Positions 57,681 through 64,000 of a stretch of 64,000 bases of DNA are shown in pieces. A program made the position numbers and the translations under genes. Origin of the DNA: a virus; IMG/VR virus record IMGVR_UViG_3300048839_000188, positions 5,990-69,989 of that record, one strand, 5' to 3'. Numbering within the stretch: position 1 is the first letter of the stretch; each line of letters begins with the position of its first letter. Under the pieces are notes generated by a model. That model had not been told where the DNA came from. It searched no databases and was given only the letters and a program-made list of their open reading frames with translations.

Positions 57681-58454
57681 ATGCGTAAATTGTTTTTGGC
57701 CCTGCTGGCCCTGCTGGTGTGGGCGATGCCTGCGTGGGCGCAAATTACCCTTGTCTCTGGACAGACCGCCTCCAGCACGTCTGGCACGATGTGGGTTGGC
57801 GGTTCGCTCGATCAAACGCTGTCCTTTCCAGGTGCGGTGACGTCGGGCAATACCGTGGTCGCGTGGACGGGATGGACGCTGCCATCACGGACCATGAGTT
57901 GTACACACGACGGCAATGCGATGACGGCCATCACGACGGTTGGTGGGACTGGTGGCTCATACCAATCAGCCTTTCAGGTGTTTGCCATAGTAGCTACCAC
58001 GACTGGAACAGACGTGACCTGCACGATGTCTGGTACGGACCCCAATGAAGTGCAGTCCTTTGCGATTGCGGAATTTACAGGCACGGCGGCTGTGCTTAGC
58101 ACACAAGGGGTTACTGGTGTAAATACGACGACGGCCGCTGAAACGACGGCGGCCACGAGTCATGATAGCGGAGCCGATCTGACCCCGGATACCACACACA
58201 ATCTGTCTGTGATGGGCGCAGTCTGTACCGGCAATGGCGGAACGTGGGGAAACGACGGCGCTACCATGATTATCAGCGGCGCGTTTTGGCGGACCGGGTA
58301 TCTGATTCAGTCCAGCACGACGGCTCTGGATTGGGTGCCCACGACGACCAACTCCGTCGATTGCGAGATCGCCCATCAGAATCTCGATGGGGCCACCGCA
58401 GGCGCAACCTGCACGGGAGGGCTGACACTGCTTGGGGCTGGGAAGTGCGACTAG
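57681..58454 (+). CDS. Thr-rich beta protein with signal peptide (GC-rich insert)
   Basis: MRKLFLALLALLVWAMPAWA-Q leader. The frame is also open from 57636. Confidence 0.6.
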   Translation: MRKLFLALLALLVWAMPAWAQITLVSGQTASSTSGTMWVGGSLDQTLSFPGAVTSGNTVVAWTGWTLPSRTMSCTHDGNAMTAITTVGGTGGSYQSAFQVFAIVATTTGTDVTCTMSGTDPNEVQSFAIAEFTGTAAVLSTQGVTGVNTTTAAETTAATSHDSGADLTPDTTHNLSVMGAVCTGNGGTWGNDGATMIISGAFWRTGYLIQSSTTALDWVPTTTNSVDCEIAHQNLDGATAGATCTGGLTLLGAGKCD

Positions 58455-59938
58455 CGCTTCTCGTCTGCGCGCTCTGGCTGCTCGGTGTTGGTCAAGCCGA
58501 GGCGAGCTTGTGCGTGTGTGCGACGGGCGGCGATGACAGCCGCAGTAAGGCCACGGTCGCGGCCAGCTACAGCAACGGGTCCTGTTCGGCGCCGTGGGCC
58601 ACGATTGGCCGGGCTGCGTGGGGCAACGCGAACCGAGCCACGCCGAATACGAGCGAGGCGGCGGCGGCGGGCGATACCGTCTACGTCTGCGCGGGCAGCT
58701 ACACCACGACCGGCACGGCCACGCGCCACACGCCCGCCTTCAACCCGGTTAATGCCGGGAGCAGCGGCAATCCCATCACGTTCGTAGCCGCCGCCGGGGT
58801 CACGGTCAGCTACACGAGCAGCAGCGGGCCGGTCATCGGCTGCAACAGTGTCGATTACATCACCTGGCGCGGGTGGTCACTGGACGAGGCGACGACGACG
58901 GCGGCCTCTGATACGGGGCTAGTCGTGCTGTGGGACTCGAATAACTGCATCGTCGAGTACGGCACGTTCGACGGCAATGGTGATCCTGGGTTCGGGAGTG
59001 GCGAGCTACACAATGCAATCCGTATCAACGCCGGTAGCGGGCACATCGTCCGCAATAATACGATCCACGATGTCATCAACGCCAGTTCTGGCGCGAATGC
59101 CTCTGGCATCCTGATCGACCAGTCGGCCGGTGGCACAATCGAGCATAACGAGATTTACGACTCGGGCGGCGGGATCTTCATTAAACGGAACTACACCAAC
59201 GAGGGCGCGTGGACGTTTCGCTTCAACTACATCCACGACACGGACTACGGCATCCGGGCTGACCAACTTACCGACACCACGGCCCAATACGACACCCTCA
59301 TCTACCAGAACCTACTCAAGACGGTGTTCTATCCGTTCATGAGCAACCACTACGAGACGTACGAAACCTACGACCTCAAGATCGTCAACAATACGGTCAT
59401 CGGGGACGGGGCGTGCGTGGTGGTGTTCGATGGGCCAGAACTGACGGCCTCGGCGGATCACGACATCTGGAACAACGTGGCGACGGATTGCCCGCTGGCC
59501 TATCGGACGCAGCAATCATCTGGCGATTGGTCGGCGGCCATTCTCGATAGCCAGCACAACGCCTGGTATCAGGTCACGAATGCGGTGACGTGGGACTACG
59601 AGGAGGGCGGGCAGACGACGCACTCATGGGCGACGTGGGTGGCGCGGCCGATGGACGCGACCAGTCCGGCTAGCCTGACGAGCAGCGATCCGCTCTTTGC
59701 CAATGCCGCCGGGTCGGACTATCGTCTCTGTACCGGGAGCGGCACCCCGCACGCCTCCTGTTCGGGTGCCTCACCGGCCATTGCGCTCGGCGTGGACATG
59801 CTGGATCTGGATGGGGATGGCAGCACTAGCGACAATATCCCGGCCGGGGCGTATATTACGGGGAACGAGACGATTGGCGTCGGGGCCGAGACATCCGGCC
59901 AGCCCGTGCGGCTGCGGATTCGAGGGGAGGACCAGTGA
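58445..59938 (+). CDS. right-handed parallel beta-helix (pectate lyase-like) protein with signal peptide, putative depolymerase/adhesin
   Basis: PWATIGRA, AGDTVYV, G..GNPITF, repeated IVRNNTIHD / IEHNEIYD units, DPLF......DYRL. Confidence 0.75.
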   Translation: MRLALLVCALWLLGVGQAEASLCVCATGGDDSRSKATVAASYSNGSCSAPWATIGRAAWGNANRATPNTSEAAAAGDTVYVCAGSYTTTGTATRHTPAFNPVNAGSSGNPITFVAAAGVTVSYTSSSGPVIGCNSVDYITWRGWSLDEATTTAASDTGLVVLWDSNNCIVEYGTFDGNGDPGFGSGELHNAIRINAGSGHIVRNNTIHDVINASSGANASGILIDQSAGGTIEHNEIYDSGGGIFIKRNYTNEGAWTFRFNYIHDTDYGIRADQLTDTTAQYDTLIYQNLLKTVFYPFMSNHYETYETYDLKIVNNTVIGDGACVVVFDGPELTASADHDIWNNVATDCPLAYRTQQSSGDWSAAILDSQHNAWYQVTNAVTWDYEEGGQTTHSWATWVARPMDATSPASLTSSDPLFANAAGSDYRLCTGSGTPHASCSGASPAIALGVDMLDLDGDGSTSDNIPAGAYITGNETIGVGAETSGQPVRLRIRGEDQ

Positions 59939-59980
59939 GACTCAGACTGATCACGGTAACAATAACAAAGGAGAACAAAA

Positions 59981-60262
59981 ATGGTTAAGAGTTTAGTTTT
60001 AAGTTTGGTAATGTTTACAGCAGGAATTGCGTTTGCTCAGACAGTTAAACCGCAATTGGGTGTTGATCATCTAGTGAGGATCAAAATGGTCCGAGAAGTC
60101 AGAGATGCTGCACTCAAGTCATGTGAGACATTACCAATTATGCAATCTTATAGAAATTCACTAAAAGAAACAAATGAGAAGATCGAGAGTGAGTATGTTG
60201 GATGGACATTGGATTGGAACAAGATGGACCTAGTGCCAAAGCCAGCAACTAGTAAGGACTAA
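59981..60262 (+). CDS. small protein with signal peptide
   Basis: MVKSLVLSLVMFTAGIAFA-Q leader and AGGAG RBS. Confidence 0.6.
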   Translation: MVKSLVLSLVMFTAGIAFAQTVKPQLGVDHLVRIKMVREVRDAALKSCETLPIMQSYRNSLKETNEKIESEYVGWTLDWNKMDLVPKPATSKD

Positions 60263-60265
60263 TAG

Positions 60266-61210
60266 ATGAGAACATTCAAGGATTTACAGGACTCTGTTTT
60301 AAGTTGGGTCGCTGAGACTGGTGATACGGACAAGATGCTCACACTCACGAAGGATGCCATCAATCAAGCACAGAGGGCATTCTTGGCGAGAGAGCAGTAT
60401 GATTTCATGCTATCACCGACAGCGGAGACGATTTCTGTGGAAGCTGGCAGGAAGCATTACCCGTTGAATGCGTTGTTTGGTTCTATGTTGTATGTGTATA
60501 ATCCTGTCACTGATGATTGGATGGAAGAAATCTCAGCGAAGGGTTTATTAGAGCATGGTGAGAATCCCTATGATGCCACACAATCGCAGTTGAAGCATTA
60601 CATGCTGACATCTGTGTGGCCTGTTAAGAGACAACCAACAACAACAGGTTTGGTGACAATCAGCACTGGTGGAAGCCCTGAGGCGGCAGCAAACAGTGTC
60701 ATCATCAAAGGACTCAACAATAGTGGGGAATATGTGGAGGAAACATTATCATCTGGTAGCACTTGGATTGAGTTGGAGTCAACGAATTCATTCACAACTA
60801 TTACAGATGTGGTGAAGTCGTATACTAGTTGGACATATCAGATTTCCCTAGTCGATACAGCGGATGTTGTTTTATTAGTGTTGCCAGCGACTGAGTATGC
60901 CAAACAGTATCGGCAATTGGAATTCATCAAAGCACCAGAGACAGCACAGGATATTGTGTATCGTTATTATATGAAGACCAAAAAGATGGTCGAAAATTAT
61001 GACTCGTGTCATGTGCCTGAAGAGTTTGACCAAATTCTAGTCTACCGTGCTCTGATTGAGATGCAGGGTTATGTTCGCCCCACAGAGAGCGAACTAAATT
61101 ATTGGATCAAGCAAGCTGATAAGTTGGAGCATCAATGTAGCATGGCGTATACGCAGACAAGGAGCCTTGGTGGCAGACCTTCATATGTGCAGTATAGAGA
61201 GCGTTACTAG
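60266..61210 (+). CDS. head-tail adaptor / tail tubular protein A-like
   Basis: TF.DLQ..V, INQAQR and VPEEFDQILVY.A motifs. Confidence 0.75.
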   Translation: MRTFKDLQDSVLSWVAETGDTDKMLTLTKDAINQAQRAFLAREQYDFMLSPTAETISVEAGRKHYPLNALFGSMLYVYNPVTDDWMEEISAKGLLEHGENPYDATQSQLKHYMLTSVWPVKRQPTTTGLVTISTGGSPEAAANSVIIKGLNNSGEYVEETLSSGSTWIELESTNSFTTITDVVKSYTSWTYQISLVDTADVVLLVLPATEYAKQYRQLEFIKAPETAQDIVYRYYMKTKKMVENYDSCHVPEEFDQILVYRALIEMQGYVRPTESELNYWIKQADKLEHQCSMAYTQTRSLGGRPSYVQYRERY

Positions 61211-61212
61211 AA

Positions 61213-63405
61213 ATGGCTGATTTCTATGAAGAATCCAAGGATTTCTCAGGTGGTGTCCAGAGTGCGCCATTTGGGGACAGTATTGACTCAAATGCACTCA
61301 ATGAAACATGGAATACACAATTTCGATACATCAGTGAGAAAGGTGCGCAGATAGGTTCAAGACCTGGACTGACTTTGGTGAATAGCACTGCCAAGACTAC
61401 TGGTGCTGGTGTAGGCGCGACTATCCAATGGTCCAAACAATATACATTCAGCGACGGCAATGATTCAGATTATTACACAGCGCACATCACTGATGAAGGT
61501 GAGATTTTTTATAAGGACGCAGATGATACTTTAACAAGTTATTTGGCAAAACCCGCCAATTTTCCAGATGGAACAAAATGTTTTACGGCAAACCCCACGG
61601 CATTTATTGATGGGGCTGTTCTCAATGACAGGTTGTTTCTGGTGAATTCTGCTGGAGACAGAACCAGTTTACAGGACCAGGATTTTAGAGTTTTTGGACT
61701 TTCGACAATTGGGACAATCAGTGTCAGCAATGTGGCCACTGGTTCTGCCTCGATGCCTGCTGAGACATATAATGTGGGAGTTACGGCATTCAATTTGTCA
61801 ACAGGTGATGAGTCGAATATTAGTGCTTCAGTATCAGTAACATTGACAGCAAATCAAAGAATCAGGGTCCAGATTACACCATCAGCGAGTGAGACTGCCC
61901 AGTATGAATATTGGAGAGTCTACTTGCAGCGCACGACCACGCAAGCACAGAAATATAAGGTTCTGGTTCTCGAAAACAGCGGTGGAACGAATATTGTAAC
62001 GGATGGTAATATTCCAATCGCTACGACTGATGTTTACATTGACTTATCGGCTGCTGATATTGCTAATTTGATCATTGCAGAACCTTCTGAAACAGAGAAT
62101 GATACTCTACCGAGCACAGTGAAGTATTTGGCTGCTTATGGCCAAAGACTTATTGCAGCAGATGATAATAATATATATTGGTCCAAACAGAACGCCGGTG
62201 GAATGTGGCCTGCGGTTAATACAGAATCTGTCAACAGTGGAGATGGGGACACGATTAAAGGACTAGTTGTTGTTGATGATGAATTATTGTTGATTCTGAT
62301 GAATGATAATGTGTTTGGACTTTTTGGCAATGACCCGCAGAATTGGGTTCTCAGGCCAATCAGCCAGACATACGGTTGTGTGGGGCATTACAGTATTGTT
62401 CCAAAAACACCAATGGGCACAATGTGGTGGTCGCATAGTGGGCCTACTGTTTATGCAGATGGCAAAGTCCAGCTATTCGGGCTCGATAAGTTGGGTTATG
62501 ATTCTGTTATTGATAATATAGAGTCTACAAGATTAGAACGTATCTGGGGTTCTTATGATGAGAACGCCAGGAGGGTGTTGTTCGCAGTTTCAGCAACAGG
62601 TGTGACGACTAGGAATAATGTTTATTTGCCATTCAATATCCAGCTAGGCCAATGGGAAGCATCCAAGTGGACATCTATTGACGCAGCTTCTATGGTGCAT
62701 GGAATTGGCGCGAATGGTAAGCACAATCTCTATGTGGGCGGATATTATGGCCAATTGTTCTATTGGAATGATGATGTCAAGAATGACGGCGTTCCTAGTG
62801 GGACAAAAGAGGGTTCGTTCACAGCATCCGCAGCGAGTGAATCAACTATTACGGGAAGTGGATTCTACACAACAGGAAACGGCCTCAAAGGACGCAAGGT
62901 TATTATCACTGATGAATATAATAGGCCATTTGCATTCGCTACTATTGCTTCCAACACATCTACTGTGCTGACTTTTGAAACGGCAGTTGTTGGATTCACC
63001 ATTGGACAATCGTATGATTACTTCATTGGGGGGATTGATTTCAGAATCTACACAAGATGGTATGACGCTGAACAGGCTTTCTTGAGGAAGAGATTCGATA
63101 ATGTTTATGTGCATGTGGCCAGTGACTCAGATGCTGGTTTCATGTATTTCTCAACAGGATTTTCGTATTTGGGCGCATTATCGACTACTCAGAGGACTGT
63201 CACACTCAATGTTGCAGGTTGGGACTCCGCAGTGTGGGACTCATCTGTGTGGGGCGACTCGGGCACTCTCAAAAAGAGATTCAATGTGTGGCAATCCTCG
63301 TCTGCGATAAGAGTTATCTTATTGCAAACATCAGTTGACAAAGATATTGTGCTTCTGAAGATTGGCATCAAGGGACGATACTTATCTGACAGGTATCTCA
63401 CATGA
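61213..63405 (+). CDS. tail nozzle / stabilisation protein (P22 gp10 or tubular B-like)
   Basis: DFSGG start, RPG, IYWS, GD.IKGL and YGCVG..SI beta-propeller-like motifs. Confidence 0.75.
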   Translation: MADFYEESKDFSGGVQSAPFGDSIDSNALNETWNTQFRYISEKGAQIGSRPGLTLVNSTAKTTGAGVGATIQWSKQYTFSDGNDSDYYTAHITDEGEIFYKDADDTLTSYLAKPANFPDGTKCFTANPTAFIDGAVLNDRLFLVNSAGDRTSLQDQDFRVFGLSTIGTISVSNVATGSASMPAETYNVGVTAFNLSTGDESNISASVSVTLTANQRIRVQITPSASETAQYEYWRVYLQRTTTQAQKYKVLVLENSGGTNIVTDGNIPIATTDVYIDLSAADIANLIIAEPSETENDTLPSTVKYLAAYGQRLIAADDNNIYWSKQNAGGMWPAVNTESVNSGDGDTIKGLVVVDDELLLILMNDNVFGLFGNDPQNWVLRPISQTYGCVGHYSIVPKTPMGTMWWSHSGPTVYADGKVQLFGLDKLGYDSVIDNIESTRLERIWGSYDENARRVLFAVSATGVTTRNNVYLPFNIQLGQWEASKWTSIDAASMVHGIGANGKHNLYVGGYYGQLFYWNDDVKNDGVPSGTKEGSFTASAASESTITGSGFYTTGNGLKGRKVIITDEYNRPFAFATIASNTSTVLTFETAVVGFTIGQSYDYFIGGIDFRIYTRWYDAEQAFLRKRFDNVYVHVASDSDAGFMYFSTGFSYLGALSTTQRTVTLNVAGWDSAVWDSSVWGDSGTLKKRFNVWQSSSAIRVILLQTSVDKDIVLLKIGIKGRYLSDRYLT

Positions 63406-63674
63406 CACGAATGGACACGTTGGTTGAAAAAATGCTGCCTATGGGGCAGTATGAATATGTGGATGCCACTTTTGCCGCAGTGGACACGAATACGGTGATT
63501 AATTATAAACAGTTGAAAGTGGAGGACCCTAATAGTGTGAGATTCATGGATGTCTCTCAAGGAGCGGGTAGGGTTTATAAGCCTGCTCTAGTGAGTTGGG
63601 GTAGTGGTTATGTCATTCTAGCATCCACAGATGTGGGGACTACTAGATTGTTATTATTCGAGGAAAGGGCATAA
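63402..63674 (+). CDS. small tail-associated protein
   Basis: ATGA overlap with the nozzle gene. Confidence 0.55.
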   Translation: MTRMDTLVEKMLPMGQYEYVDATFAAVDTNTVINYKQLKVEDPNSVRFMDVSQGAGRVYKPALVSWGSGYVILASTDVGTTRLLLFEERA

Positions 63675-63677
63675 AAG

Positions 63678-64000
63678 ATGAAGAAGAGAATTGCAACTAT
63701 GGTTTTCATGTTGTTGCTGGCAACATTCGCGGCCGTTAGTGCGCAGATTAGCGTGACGAACACATTCACATCAGGAACAACAATCAGCAGCAGTCAGGTT
63801 AATCAGAATTTCAGTGACCTAGCTTCGAATGCCCTTAATAGGACAGCAGGGACAATGACAGGAACATTGACTGCTAGGAATATTGTTCCTGATGGCAACA
63901 ATACGCGGGATTTGGGAGGTTCTGGCACAAGATGGGCCAGTATTTACGGGGTTCTTGGAAATTTTTCAGGGGCTGTTATTGGAACTACTTTTACAGCCAC
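63678..64000 (+). CDS. tail fibre, N-terminal part, with signal peptide (runs off the window)
   Basis: MKKRIATMVFMLLLATFAAVSA-QISVTNTFTSGTTISSSQVNQNF...GTMTG...PDGNNTRDLGGSGTRWASIY, translated by hand. Confidence 0.8.
   Translation, partial: MKKRIATMVFMLLLATFAAVSAQISVTNTFTSGTTISSSQVNQNFSDLASNALNRTAGTMTGTLTARNIVPDGNNTRDLGGSGTRWASIYGVLGNFSGAVIGTTFTA

Noticed and set aside
1-64000. Alternative genetic code, integrase or lysis cassette
   Set aside because: Long genes are intact in the standard code and their breaks are explained by introns. No integrase or endolysin was recognised, though these may lie outside the window.

Overview
The window is most of a tailed dsDNA bacteriophage genome with podovirus-like (P22-type portal, adaptor and nozzle) virion genes. 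It appears circularly permuted: it opens in the internal-virion genes and ends in a tail-fibre gene. The plus strand carries ejection-type proteins (1-7.9 kb) and the packaging/structural module (44.6-64 kb). The minus strand (7.8-43.4 kb) carries early, replication, nucleotide-metabolism and RNA-repair genes, including PolA, class II RNR, an AAA helicase, an RNA ligase, a Ro60/TROVE-like protein, an Acb2/Tad1-like protein and tRNAs. The genome is heavily parasitised. It has three inteins, two group I introns splitting the major capsid gene into three exons, at least six free-standing homing endonucleases and a disrupted thyX. The best candidates for new biology are: (1) four related small structured RNA elements (closing stem, CAGCA, inner hairpin, two resembling anticodon arms) flanking the Ro60-like gene, one covering its ribosome-binding site; (2) a cluster of atypical tRNA-like RNAs; (3) several virion-module proteins, including the tail fibre, that begin with Sec-type signal peptides; and (4) two clusters of a TGACAYA heptamer with IHF-like sites. 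All calls come from reading motifs by eye; no database searches were run.
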